From NCBI RefSeq assembly GCF_018977255.1, contig NW_024704742.1:71178001-71242000 (forward strand): DNA of 64,000 nucleotides, written 5' to 3'. The stretch is from Callorhinchus milii. Lineage: Eukaryota. Under the pieces are notes generated by a model. It saw only the letters and a program-made list of their open reading frames with translations, ran no database searches and had not been told where the DNA came from. Position numbers and translations under genes: made by a program. This document shows positions 52,001 through 63,334 of this stretch, one piece after another. Numbering within the stretch: position 1 is the stretch's first letter; each line of letters begins with the position of its first letter.

Positions 52001-52859
52001 CCACTTTAAGAGTTTTGCAAACAATTGGCTTCGTGGTCAGGTTATCAATTACTGCAACACGAAAACAAATGGAGATACCAAATTTATACATTTAGCAAAA
52101 GTTCACCTCAAGGAGATCACTAATGAAGCTAAAGAGATTGTCAGGGAAGCGATCGCTCAGAATGTATCAGGTGAAGCCAGAAGCTTCCTTGACTTGTTTG
52201 TCGATAAGTTGAAGGCAAAACTCGCAATGCCCAAAGACAGCCTGAAGCTTGTTGTTTTCCAGCCTGCCAGCAAGGCCGGGAATTTTGCAAAAATGGTCCT
52301 GCCACATATCCAGGAGGCGGAAACCTCTCTCCTCCAGGAGCTCACAACATGGAATGTCAATGCAATGATTGAGCAGCTTCCTGTGAAACCCCATGAGGAA
52401 ATATTGAAAAAACTTATTAGTTGCAACAAAAAATGCCCTTTCTGTCAAGTCTGTTGTGAAATAGAAACGCTTGGCAATCATCAGCATTTCAGTAACCAGC
52501 ACAGACCTACGGGACTCAATAGACATCGCTGGTCGAATAATAAGCATCTTGTGATGGACATTTGCACTGCTTCAGTAGCAAGCAATTGTAAATTCAGAAA
52601 CTCAGACACAAACGAACAGTGGGTGAAATACGAGGACTATTGTACAGTAAATGATTATTACAAATCCTGGATTATCCAAAAATCTCCCAGTGCGGAGGCA
52701 GCATCTTACTGGAAAAAAGTTTTCCACATCTTTAATCAGGATTTTGCTAAACACTATAATGCGGAACCTGCCGACATCACTGATGCCTGGAACATACCAT
52801 GGGACAGGGTGAAGGACGATCTTAACAAAACCTACTATGTGTCCTTGAAATTTCTGTAG
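46065..52859 (+). CDS. GVIN1: Interferon-induced very large GTPase (GVIN1/VLIG, URG4-related), ~2264 aa from the first ATG, encoded in one exon
   Basis: Open frame 45987-52859. First ATG after the in-frame TAG (45963) is at 46065 in strong Kozak context (gaaATGg). G1 GVQSTGKS at 49980-50003, G2 region FAVSSGRCTRG, G3 DTEG at 50139-50150, then ELATLVIGLSD and FVHQN. URG4-type block NPLDV..FLCADHFLRQELMLKMSLCQFALPFLLPD. N-terminal ASGGLALKGI motif and C-terminal CPFC...H..H...HRP, all typical of the VLIG family. One-to-one orthology is not established. Confidence 0.93.
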   Translation: MDETLQHKKEWSPSELLGKASGGLALKGILVSENLSDLLQERCPLLEVPEKCSLLGPSMIAVEQTASYESYTHAANSKKSLEKLGEGFSSQLEAGFWGIKVDVKAEYNSSSSTSASSSTVNKSTYSSWCKKVLLPTACVQLKPTDLKLSEMALNSLREVEDNLLYRTTDTKDTFCDKFLEQFGSHVNSSNIHFGAIYLRQAESSALNHKEKQLSEEVMTQLINMNLDTNKFGAGSASVTASASKFQSVLDRKYKSTLLDKIYVSIHKIGGPIDAPSLAAWTEGTHLNSRTWRVIDRGCPNDLVPVWRIILEKHRRDFKNVQLLTEALQRCWETKTGLKDETRGTVEMIIVRTSIQDLAQEVEKWNQASESDFVRNCANYISKCANIKSSLGKHQAIDTDRLWYDEFICRSSVQKFLSKVLKCASSEDEVYLKIRVLDLLKPQEMISVKDFPNISEILQQLTNHPYRERELSFSSAEEAKQYILKLEMKFRVADTGIELEASARNQLGKALFELQLFYKRNNSLYASLLLPAILHPISYNADGTMNRCLEDSDWKYLISQLDRIESFREELQNKGSEEQQAFLLYTALSAREECKHVQSDDANITAVLQMLCKQLNQEMLPRVREAIMTNNRTIITDAKLMKETLQSLSSKAIPGPQLSESLSEFGDSFPCQNTASPSDLNDIQTGPSNSSNSGPPPKMLTDLGLLDYYPRKLSLRQMRGISADKLKDIKPTGPEGIPWHFLQRVLMANSTARNPDWPLIQQLENRLDVDEDFADFFEDKKRQVTGINPLDVTVATFLCADHFLRQELMLKMSLCQFALPFLLPDGDTAIFLLWAMRSIVKQWRPQSLVGNCGFVEDNIVTSALPTFSFIRLGRCTVSKSKILNLTLSRSEQQQNFFLHSQMEYSDQPREMSDGLVEICWYLPCGKVNLDILPEACAFINLRGEGKAHQKQARFLAKVSNALFVFIDVVGEEEREFLTSLTPSPTQFFLITNSSGNEQKVTPQQMRELFKSLNLQSHQLLVRKDKNDAQFVEILRSKIKSLLTLGEVGQRGLEEMAIVARESGICIDEDEPEINRGKQLANNILIDIHSRDIAEYKQTALPFQGKLWQEWSKAEKEKCRMKHCQNKPMELYGHELNQKQNQIRKIQSEKNVSEEMKQFIAALKKTSEAEQGFFMQWLKLGLDRKSRQIISKLRVQSKTLHKNSKESSTELNELDQKIADSSLGLEHFMRELSQIYEICATLGKERISENTLSMLPGVAADLMLGGFPLELIDGDVSNIPMQWVTAVLKGVTRRVGNDCRIFVLTVLGVQSTGKSTLLNTMFGLQFAVSSGRCTRGAYMQLIKLTGGLETELGSDFILVIDTEGLKAPELASLGDSYEHDNELATLVIGLSDVTLVNMSMENSTEMKDILQIVVHSFIRMRATGKKPICQFVHQNVAGVSAHDQTLRDRQKLLKQLDEMTEAAARMEKLQRVTFCDVLDYDTDRNNWYIPGLWHGVPPMAAVNTGYSEHVFELKKSLFTCFSNCNKKQKALTIPNFIKWMSGLWDQIKHENFIFSFQNSLVAEAYSQLSRNYSAWDLEIRTFAHTWTIETENRIKNTNTEEFPHQSLTLEITTKMEEKKNEILNKLEEYYESRDHNVHLMESYREQFRISIQSLCSQLQNESTQKCEEVIRRREALDKVDKIWDEYNKQIEDEVMILLQYCKKDGKEMDDCKLEEEFKRMWQRTLEKLSYRPSKETNIEADVENLLRKNMPTQGKVISEALRGKVLSKLGLHMFDVKKKHIDQKIGINMLVGFIVETSEVKKARLLSKCLEEECKEDIDSITKKDVDYDSKYCVDILWNLDKNIENNSEPEFKMSEIYKAEFKLHMCGYAAQKFKVMHNVFVNKHNPWKRMENMENQYFELFKQIYTKQDMTEKGAERFAKNCFIPAVREAILNCLGHRIVLDMKKNDSSGEYSNRNSFTVALLVHLKQQDKFDQYLNYINHFKSFANNWLRGQVINYCNTKTNGDTKFIHLAKVHLKEITNEAKEIVREAIAQNVSGEARSFLDLFVDKLKAKLAMPKDSLKLVVFQPASKAGNFAKMVLPHIQEAETSLLQELTTWNVNAMIEQLPVKPHEEILKKLISCNKKCPFCQVCCEIETLGNHQHFSNQHRPTGLNRHRWSNNKHLVMDICTASVASNCKFRNSDTNEQWVKYEDYCTVNDYYKSWIIQKSPSAEAASYWKKVFHIFNQDFAKHYNAEPADITDAWNIPWDRVKDDLNKTYYVSLKFL

Positions 52860-52869
52860 GGAAAGTCTA

Positions 52870-53200
52870 CAGGAGAGGACCTGGGTTCAATTCCTGGGCA
52901 AAGTGATTCGTTGGGCAAGTTTCCTTACTCCACACGCCTCTGTTTACCTAGCAGTAAGTAGGAAGCCGATTATTAGTTGATTGCAGATTGCTTTTCCGGG
53001 GATAATAATCCCTTAAAAAATAATAATAATTTGGTCACTCAATCCACAACTGTTTGTGGGACACCGCTGTGCACAACTGGCTGCTGTGTTTCGCTCACAA
53101 AATATACAGTTATTTCACTTGACAGGATATTCTGTGAAGTGCCTTGAGACGTCTTGAAGGGATGATAAGGCACTATATCAAATGCAAGGATTATTATTAA
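52870..53200 (+). mobile_element. Family A SINE directly after the GTPase stop codon
   Basis: B box, body and (tta)n tail begin ~10 bp after the TAG. Confidence 0.87.
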
Positions 53201-54594
53201 TATAACCCTCAGAAATGACAGTTTAGAATGAGACATTCGATATATCCAGTCGACAAGACAAAAATCGATGTGACTTAGCTTCACACTCTCCCCAACTCTC
53301 AGCTGGCGCAGGCTTCCTGAGCATCCCTCAACCCCCATCGCATTACTACTAATAGTGGCTCTGCATCACTAACTAATACACCACTAAGAACTCCCTGATG
53401 TTATATAAATGCAAGTTGTTGTTATTGATTAATGTTAAGATTTGATGTCGCTAATACCTTATTAGTGTAATCCTGAAAGTGAGTTGATTGTTTTCTGTTT
53501 GTTGATATTTGTGGATGTATCACTCAATGCGTGTGCATTTCACTCAAGTCAATTCACTTTATAGTATATACTGTGAAGCGCATTTCACCCACAAAATATA
53601 CAGTCAATCTACTTTACAGTATATTCTATGAAGCGCTTTGAGACGTCTCGAAGACGTGATACGGCGCTGTATCAAATGCAAGGATTATTATTATTAAGTC
53701 TCTCCCCCAACCCTTCCATGTTGTCCAACACTGACCCATGTCTTAGCTGCCTTTCCTCTCTAAGGTGTTGGAACATGTTGCTGCCTCCCAGTTTCTCACT
53801 TTCCTCTCCTAGCACTTCCTGTTTGAATCCCTCCAGTTTGGCTTTCGCCATGTCCTTTGCACCGAGACCTCCCTGGTCAAAGACACTAATGACATTCTAT
53901 CTTTGACTAGGGCTCTCTGTATCTCCGAGTTCACCTCGATCTCTGTACCTTTTATACTATTGCCCTAACCCTAACCCATCATTCTCCACCACCTCTCCTC
54001 TCCGTTATACTACAGCAGTTCTGTCCTATCCTGGTTTCATTCCTACCTCATCATTTCCACTTTATCTCTTCTTACAGGTTCTCTTCCAGCCCCCGAAGAG
54101 TCAATTGTAGTATTCCTCAGGGCTCCCTCCTTGGCCCTATTCTTTTCAAGATGCAGCAGGGAACAAAAGCGCTGGACAGCCACCAAGGCCTCCCTGTACC
54201 ACAATGAGGTTCCCAGGCCCCCGTGGGTAATGTTATATAATAATAATAATCCTTGCATTTGATATAGCGCTTTTCACGTCTTCTAGACGTCTCACAGCGC
54301 TTCACAGAATATACTGTAAAGTGAATTGACTGTATATTTCTGGGTGAAATGCAGCAGCCAATTGCGCACAGCAGTGTCCCACAAACAGTTGTGGATTGAG
54401 TGACCAAATTATTATTTTTTTCTTAAGGGATTATTATCAGGCGTGTGGAGTAAGGAAACTTGTCCTAGGTTTTGCCCTGGGGTGAATTGGCCTGGCAGGA
54501 ATGTTGCACCCCTTTGTACGGATATTTGGGGAAGGCCAACAGTAACAGCACAATTTTGAGGCCTTTATGCATATTATTGGTAGGCTCTGGTCCC

Positions 54595-55155
54595 TGGTAC
54601 TGTCCCGCACCAGGCTTCGGGACCACATCACTCCCACTCTCGCTCGCCTCCACTGGCTCCCCATCCCCCAGAGGATTGATTTCAAGATCCTCATCCTCAC
54701 CTACAAGGCCATTCACGGCCTTGCTCCCTCCTACCTCTCCAACCTACTATCCCCCTACCTACCTACCTGCCCGTACCCTCCGTTCCTCCGGCTCCGGTCT
54801 GCTCCACGTCCCCCGCCCCAATCGCCCTACCATCGGTGGTCGGGCCTTCAGCCTCTCAGCCCCCAGGCTCTGGAACTCCATCCCCCAGTGCCTTCACCGC
54901 CTCCTCCCTTTCCTCCTTCAAGGCCGGTCTCAAAACCTTTCTCTTTGACCGAGCCTTCAGCTCCCCTCTCGACTCTCTACCCCCTCCTCGCTCCCTTCCT
55001 TCCCTCCCCTCACCCTGACCATTTCCCCCCTCCTCGCTCCCTCCCTTCCCTCCCCTGACCATTTCCCCCCTGCTCGGGTCATGACCCAACTGTGCAGCGC
55101 CTTGGGACGTCCTCCTGACGTGAAAGGCGCTTTATAAATGGAATCTTGTTGTTGG
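54595..55155 (+). mobile_element. Young L2 3' portion
   Basis: Same family as the copies at 21k and 40k. Confidence 0.92.
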
Positions 55156-55229
55156 TGTCTCCCTACATATTCTCCAAGAAGAGCAATCCGAACAGTGACA
55201 TCTTTCTTCAGGTAAAATTGTAAATATGA

Positions 55230-55800
55230 GGGGTTTCGAAATGTCTGATGCAAACGGTTACCTATCCATACCTCTAAAGCCTCAAAAGCATAATCTCTAA
55301 CTAGCTGAACCCCACAATGGCTCATTTAAATAGGGGGCAGCCTGCTGAAAGTAACAACAAGGTAAGCCATATTAGCAAAGCTGACAGCAAAAGGAGAGAT
55401 ATGGATATGCCCATTTAATGACACAAAAATCCTGCAAATTTTCAATTTTTGCTGCGAGAGATAACACACAATGCGTTCTCCAGGTGGGGTGTGCTTTCAA
55501 AAATAGAGCCAGACTGAGATTCCCACTTCACTGGTTCACTGATGTGACACACATTGCAAATTTGGGAATAAAACAGCAATTCCACACTTCACTGACCTGA
55601 GTGGGCAGGGATAGTTGAAAGAATGAACAGGTCAACAGAAACAATAATGAAGAAGTCATGTCAGAAAATTGTAAAACCTGGGATGCCCTCCTGCAAATGA
55701 TTCTGACGTGTATCAGGGAAATGCCTTTTAAGACAACAGGTTTTCCCTCACCAGAGGGTGACTGGGCGGTCATTAAGAATGTCTGAGCAATTAAGGATGG
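55230..55800 (+). mobile_element. Heavily decayed LTR-retrotransposon/ERV integrase remnant
   Basis: Across frameshifts: AFSRWGV (55473), DSHFTGS, LGIKQQFH, AGIVERMNRS (~55605-55634), KTWDALLQMILTCIREMPFKTTGF. This is the motif order of the rve integrase core. Confidence 0.7.
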
Positions 55801-57904
55801 ATGGAATGTCCATACCAGAACTGCAAGGTGTTACCCTTGAAAATTGTGTAAATAAGTTAGTGTAGGACTTAGCCCACATGTATACGTTAGTTGCAATGAA
55901 AACCTGGAAAATTAAGCAAGTGAACAAAAGTCTATCAGACATATGTCCCATTTGCAAAGAAATTTGAATGGCTATATAGAATTAGTGGCAGACAAAGCGA
56001 GCCCCACAGAATATCAAATTCATATCTAGTATGATAATTACAAACACAGAAGCGTGTTACCATTTGAATCATCTGAAATTGTTCAAAAGGCTTGATACGT
56101 AATGTTGCGCTCTCAGTCTTTTGTCAGCAGAGCATCACATGGAGACTTGTAATTCTATGCCCAGGATTGGCCATCCTGAGAATGGGTGATGATCCACTCT
56201 GGACAATGGACTTATAATGGTGGAAATACCAATGAAATCTCAATGATAATATCATACTTGATCACATGTTGGTAACAGTGGATTTCAGCAGCTGAACACT
56301 TAAAGATCTCCCAAGGTGTAACCAGACGGAGGCATACACATATTTGTTAAGGGACTGGGCTGAAATGTTCTGCTGTTTCATGAGGAACAAGCAAAGAATT
56401 TCTAATCAATTGTGCATATGCAACCAGCACCCTTAGGACAGGAATACAAAAACAGATTCGGACATTGTGCTGGGTTTAATTTGGTGTCTTATGATGGTGT
56501 CTTAAAGGGGCAAATGATAAAATTGCTAGTGATTTGCATATGATGAGGTTTACAGGAATTTTAAATCAAAGTTTGTAGCTTGGAATATAATCTACTGTAG
56601 TTTTGATAGAACATAACAGTAATATAGTTTTAATATAGTAATAGTTTTGATATCGTTTGACATATATTTAACCATTATTACATAGAGTAAGATATATAGT
56701 TTGATAACTATAATGCAAAAGTGATCAGCCTCCTTGACTTGCAGAAGGCAACTAGATTAGTAAAAGGTAATGGGAATGATTGGCATGTGATATCAATCAG
56801 CTGTGATAAAATGTAACTTAATGCGCTTAATAGATTAGACTGTTCCACTTCACACCGCAGAGCAGAATAAGCACACAAGGCTATTCACTCCAATCTGTGG
56901 CAATGTCCTGGGATAAAGCTGGTGTTTAGACCTGTCTGAGACTGTGCAGATTATAGGACACTTAACTCTGAATATTGCCATCCAGTGCCAAAGGGCAACT
57001 GTAAGGAAAGAGATAAAATATTAACTGCTGCAGAATTGCAGATAAACACTGTAGCCTTGACTTTGTTCACCAGGAATGTGTCTTCTGATAAGGAGAAGTT
57101 GAGAGAACACTTGGAATAAAATATTTTGGTTGGGATCCATCACATGGGTAGTATGAACACTGCTGGTAAACATGCCCTGCAGCATGGGGTCTATGAACTT
57201 GAACCACAGATGGTGTTTGCACTATTTGGTTGGTCTGGGCTTTACGCAGTACCCAATCAGGTATAAAATAGAAAGTTCAGTCAGGAACAATAAGATGCAG
57301 ATCTGACTGACTCCCAGATGCTCTCCCAAGAAATATGGCAACTGATCAATACTTATTTCTCGACAACCATTATCGTGTCTTGCTCTTCGCTCTTTATATA
57401 ATCATTGACTGTGGAAGTATAATAAAGGAAACAATTGATTAACACCAAAATTTGTGCACATTATTTCATCATTAATTAATAATGAAAGTAATTTCCTTAC
57501 ACTCCCAACACATACAGCCCCAAACCTTCACCCCAACACACGCAGCCCAGACCCTTACCCAAACACCACAGCCCCAAACCCTCACTGTCAACACATGCAG
57601 CCCCAAACCCTCAACAAAAACAACAACTTGCATTTGTATAGTATCCCTCATGCAGGGTAGCGTACCAGAGCGCTTGACAGTGGGGGAGCATGATGCCAAG
57701 CCATGCATTGGGGAGCGGGTGGGGGGAGAGAGTTGTGAATGGGCTACGGAGTTTAGTGCGGGTAAGTATGCGGGCAGCGGAGTTTGGGATTAACCTGATT
57801 TATGGATAATAGAGCTGGGTAGACTGATAAGCAGACCCTCATCCCCAACACACACAACCGAGACACTCAACCCAAACACAGCCCAGATATTCACCCCAAC
57901 AATA

Positions 57905-58635
57905 CAACAATATTGCATTTGTCCAGCGCCTTTCAAGTCAGGAGGATGTCCGAAGGCGCTGGACAATCAGTGTTTCAGACCCGAGCTGGGGGTCAGGATC
58001 GGAGAGTTTGGAGAGCGGGGGGGAAGGAGGGTGACCGAAGGCACAGTCGAAGAGGAGGGTCTTGAAGCAGGTCTTGATGGAGGCAAGGGAGGGGCAAGGC
58101 AGAAGGAGTTCCAGAGTGTGGGGCCAGAATGGCTTCAGGCTTGCCCAGCAATGGGTGAGGCGGGGGACATGAAGCAGGCCAGAGCCCACTGAGCGGAGGC
58201 ACCGTGCAGGGGGATAGAAGGTTGCAAAGGTAGGGGGAAGGATGGCCATGGAGAGCATTGAAGGTGAGGACCAGGATCTTGAACTGTATCCTCTGTGTAG
58301 TGGGAAGCCAGTGGAGTCGGGTGAGGATGGGGTGATAGGGTCATGGAGCCTGGTGCGGGAGAGGACATGGCCTGCAGAGTTCTGGATGATCTGCAGCCTA
58401 TGGAGGGATGAGTGGGGGAGACCGAAAAGCAGGGAATTTGCGTAGTCGAGCCTGGATGTTATGAATTTGTGTATGAGGTCTCAACTGCCTGCGGTGTGAG
58501 ACAGTGGCGGAGCCAGGCAACGTTGCGGAGGTGAGGGAAGGCAGTGCGGGTCATGGCATGGATGTGAGGTAGAAAGAATAGTTGAGAGTCAAACAAGATA
58601 CCAAGGTTCCGGACAGGCTTAGTGAGGTGGAATTT
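57905..58635 (-). mobile_element. L2 3' fragment
   Basis: PVRNLGILFDSQL, FKTLLFD, L2-type tail. Confidence 0.87.
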
Positions 58636-59414
58636 ACACAGCACAGCACACACAGCCCAGGCCCTCATCCCCAACACACACAGCCAGACCCTCATCCCCA
58701 ACACACACCCCAATCGTCTAACCACCGGGTTCCTACTTACTACTAGGTAAAGAGGCTTGTGGAGTAAGGAAACTTGCCCAACGTTTCGCCCTACCCGGGA
58801 ATCAAACCCAGATCTCTCGCTTGCGAGGCGAGTGCTCTAACCATTGTGCTACAGGACTCCGCAACCTAGAGGGTTTGGGTTGAATTGTTTGATTTGTAAC
58901 TTGTGATCTGAGAATAAAATAGTTTTCTACAGATTGACTGTTGAGAACGTAACAGGAACTTCTTAATGCAGAGGATGGGAGAATGCCCATCAGTGGAACT
59001 CACTGCCATAAGTGTTGGTTGAAGCAGATAATATAGATGGATTTAAGTGTAAGCGAGATACAAACATGAGGGAGAGGGGAATCGGGTATGTGAGGAAGTA
59101 AGCAGTGGGTGGAGACTGTTGTGAGCCACCTTACCATGTATGAAGGCTGAAGTAGATAAACAAAAAGTAGAGCAAGCAGCAAACTCATGGTTAGACATGC
59201 CAGTGACACATAATGTAAAATAAAAAGATGAGATAATGTAGTATAAGACATAAATTGCAAACATAAGCTTAAGAACAGAAGACTAGGTTATGTTTAAGCA
59301 AATAACCCTTAGTAAACCCATGAATATGATACAGAATATCCCTTGCTAAGCTGAGACTGTAAAAAGTCTAAACAAGGGATAAAGACAGGAGCCTTTGGGA
59401 TTTAGGTTTCTCAA

Positions 59415-61350
59415 CAAATCCTACCCTCCGCCCTCGCCTCCGCTAAATCGTTTTTCTACTCCAAGACAATCCTGGAAGCTAAGGACAACCCCAGGCTCCT
59501 CTTCTCTATCACAAACCGATTCCTCCACTCACCCTCTCACACCTCACCCATCACCTCAAATGCCAACTGTGTGGCGATGCTGGACTTCCTCGAATCCAAA
59601 GTCGAGGGAATCCGCTCAGCTGACTCTGCCACTGCAACCTCCTCCCCATCTCCACCTCCCACCCCAGCCCCATATCCACCCCTCCCTCCACACCCTTCAA
59701 CCAGTTTCCCCCTCCTCTCTAATCACCACCATAACCCGTATGAAACCCACCACCTGCTTCCTCGACCCCATCCCTACCGCTCTTCTTACCTCCCAGCTCC
59801 ACCTTCTTGTCCCTGTACTCACTGACATTGTTAACCTCTCGCTGTCCTCTGGTACTGTTCCCACCCCTTTAAAAAAACAGTCATCACTCCTATCCTTCAA
59901 AAACCCTCCCTGGACCCTTCTCTACACCCTAACTACCGCCCCATCTCCAACCTCCCCTTCCTCTCCAAGGTCCTGGAATGAGTTGTTGCTTCTCAGCTCC
60001 GCTCTCTCCCACTACTCCCTTCACGAACCCCTTCAATGGGACTTCCATGCCACCCACAGCACAGAAACCGTCCTGGTCAAAGTGACAAATGACATTCTGT
60101 CCATCTGCGACCAGGGCTCCCTCTGCCTCCTCGTCCTCCTTGACATCTCTGATGCTTTTGACACCATCGACCATCGTCATCGCCACCTCTTCTCTCACCT
60201 CAACCTCCACGGCGCTGTCCTTGATTGGTTCAGCTTCGTACCTCTCACACCCCCTGCACTTCATCTCCTCAAATGGCTTCTCCTCTAGCCCACCGACCAT
60301 CTCGTGCAGCGTTCCTTGGGGCTCTGTCCTTGGTCCCCTCCTCTTCAATATCTATCTGCTCCCTCTTGGTGACATCATGAGGTCAACTACCATATGTATG
60401 CGGATGACACCCAACTCTACCTCTCTGACTCCACCCTTGACTCCAGGACCACTGCTGCCTGACAGAATGCCTGTCAGACATCAAGTCCTGGATGAGAGCT
60501 AACTTTCTTCAGTTGAATGTCCACAAGACCGAGGCCCTCCTGATTGGCTCCTGTCAGCGCCTCCACACCTCAGGCGCGGACAGCATCACCATCCATGGTT
60601 GCACACTCCACCTCACTAAGCCAATCCGGAACCTGGGGGTCTTGTTTGACTCACCACCGTCTCACACCGCAGGCCGCTGAAACCCTTATACACGCCTTCA
60701 TTACATCGAGACTCGACTATGCTAACTCACTGCTTGTCGGCATCCCCAACTCTTCCCTCCACAGGTTGCAGATCATCCAGAACTCTGCAGCCCGTGTCCT
60801 CTTCCGCACCAGGCTCCGTGACCCTATCACCCCCATCCTTGCCCAACTCCACTGGCTTCCTATTACACAGAGGATACAGTTCAAGATCCTGGTCCTCACC
60901 TTCAAAGCCCTTCACGGTCTTGCTCCCCTCTTCCTCTCCGACCTCCTAAACCTCTACCACCCTGTTCGCTCCTTCCGCTCAGCGGGCTCCAGCTGCTTTA
61001 TGTTTGTCGCCTTGCTCGCCCCACTATTGGGTGGCAGGCCTTCCGCCACTCTGCATCCACTCTCTGGAACTCCATGGAGGGATCAAGGAATATGGGGATA
61101 AGTTGGAGATGGAGTTAGGTTTGAAGATCAGCCATGATCTTATTGAATGGTGGGGCAGGCTCGAGGAGCCGAATGGCTTACTCCTGCTCATAATTCCTAT
61201 GTTCCTATTTCCTATGCCGCAGTCCCTCCGTCTCACCCCACCCCATCTCGTGTGGCACTTTCAAGACCCACCTCAAGACCCTTCTCTTCGACCATGCTTT
61301 TGATCTTCCTGCTTCACCCTCTGCCCTCACCCTCGACCCTCAGCTCAGGT
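59415..61350 (+). mobile_element. Long decayed L2 ORF2 with a nested CR1 3' end (~61075-61210)
   Basis: [43 protein letters not shown]; insert gatcagccatgatcttattgaatggtggggcaggctcgaggagccgaatggc is a shark CR1-type tail. Confidence 0.9.
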
Positions 61351-62595
61351 CCATAACTAAAGTAAATATATGGATAAAAGCAAGTTGTTGGGACACAAGG
61401 ATCCATGCACCTGGGTTGATGCCTGATTGGCTCTAGACTTTGTAAACTCTTGACGTTGCCACATTTGGCTAAATTATCAAGGAACAAGTGGTTTCTGGTA
61501 AAAGACTTGATTTACAATTAAGTGAGAAAGGAAACTGGCAATATCGACATCAACAGGTGCACTGGCCTGCACACTGGCTTTCACTCAATGGGACTGGCTG
61601 ACACTTTAGGGTGGTGGCCACTATTGGAAGCAAGGGAGCAGCGAACATCCAAACGGCCAAAGGGCTTGTGGCCAAGCATCCTCTACCAGCTGGGCATGAT
61701 CCCTTCACCCCTCACATTATTCCTGAAGGATGTCACCTCTCCAGAAATGATTAATACAAATACTTTTAAACTCAGATCTTGTCCTCAAGGGCTGAGGACG
61801 TGACTGTGGAAGACAGGAAATACAAAAAGGCAGGAAGACTGTGGGAAACACAAATTGGTGATGAGTCGGCTCTTCACCCCAATATGTACACCCACAATAT
61901 GACTCCCTACCACTTGCAGAGTGTTGTGGGTGGCCTCTGTGTTCAATCCTCACTAATGAATGCAAGTCCCTATAACTAGATGTGATTAGTCTACTGAGTT
62001 CTTCTACGATGACAGGTATTACCAATTACTATGTAAATTAAAGCAAATTGGGAAGCTTCAGTCAATCAGAGGTTTATTTTTGAACCTCTCTGTAACCTAG
62101 GCTGAACCTATTTGTGTATTCCCACCTTCTTTGATTTGTACAGAAAGCTCGAGAAAGCACACTTAAGCAAACTGGTCCAATCAGATCCTCCTCTCAGTTG
62201 CTCAATAGGGGACAAGTACACTTCCAGTCCTTAATTTGCATATTATAATGTAAGTTACCTGCCAAATTGTTGCATTTGGAGATGTGATGGCAACCTAAGT
62301 ATCAAATACAATGTACATAAAAGATGTACTTAAAGGGCTACTCAATAAGTTTATAATGCGCACGCGCCAGTTCTACAGAACTTTGGCATTTTCCGAGTTT
62401 CCCCAAGCGCAATCAGTAAATGTATAGTAATCCATAGTAATCAGTATTAACCACACTTACACTGGCTAATGCTTTTAGTGAAGAAAGACTTTACAGAAAA
62501 TATTTTAGACAACAAATAGGCAGAGAAAACAATGGGATGACCATAACATAGGTGATGGCCAAGTACGACTGGAATAAGGAGACGCGATCTCATGT

Positions 62596-63290
62596 ACAAC
62601 AACAACAACAAGATTGCATTTATAGAGCACCTTTCACATCAGGAGGACATCCCAAGGCGCTGGACAGTTGGGTCAGGACCCGAGCAGGGGGGAAATGGTC
62701 AGGGTGAGGGGAGGGAACGGAGGGAGGGAGCAAGGAGGGGGGAAATGGTCAGGGTGAGGGAAGGGAGGGAGCGAGGAGGGGGGAAAGGGTCAGGGTGAGG
62801 GGAGGGAAGGGAGGGAGCGAGGAGGGGGTAGAGAGTCGAGAGGGGAGGTGAAGGCACGGTTGAAGAGAAAGGTCTTGAGACCGGTCTTGAAGGAGGAAAG
62901 GGAGGAAACAAGGCAAAGGCACTGGGGATGGAGTTCCAGAGCCTCGGGGCTGAGAGGCTGAAGGCCCGGCCACCAATGGTAGGGCGGTTGGGGCGGGGGA
63001 CGTGGAGCAGACCGGAGCCAGAGGAATGGAGGGTACGGGCAGGTAGGTAGGAGGATAGTAGATCGGAGAGGTAGGAGGGAGCGAGGCCGTGAATGGCCTT
63101 GTAGGTGAGGATGAGGATCTTGAATTCGATCCTCTGGGGGTTGGGGAGCCAGTGGAGGCGAGCGAGGGTGGGAGTGATGTGGTCCCGAAGCCTGGTGCGG
63201 GACAGTACACGAGCTGCAGAGTTCTGAATGACCTGCAGCTTGTGGAGGGAGGTGCCGGGAAGGCCGGCGAGGAGAGAGTTCCCATCGTCA
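62596..63290 (-). mobile_element. Young L2 3' portion
   Basis: Reverse complement of the 21k/40k family, with (aac)n tail and an expanded 3' UTR repeat. Confidence 0.92.
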
Positions 63291-63334
63291 CATGTAGGTG
63301 GATGAGAGGGGAGAGATGATCAAGGAGTAGCTGA

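Noticed and set aside
46423..52547. Many short antisense and alternate-frame ORFs
   Set aside because: Shadows of the GTPase coding sequence
61360..62590. Unique sequence with short ORFs
   Set aside because: No recognisable motif or convincing splice signals; left uncalled
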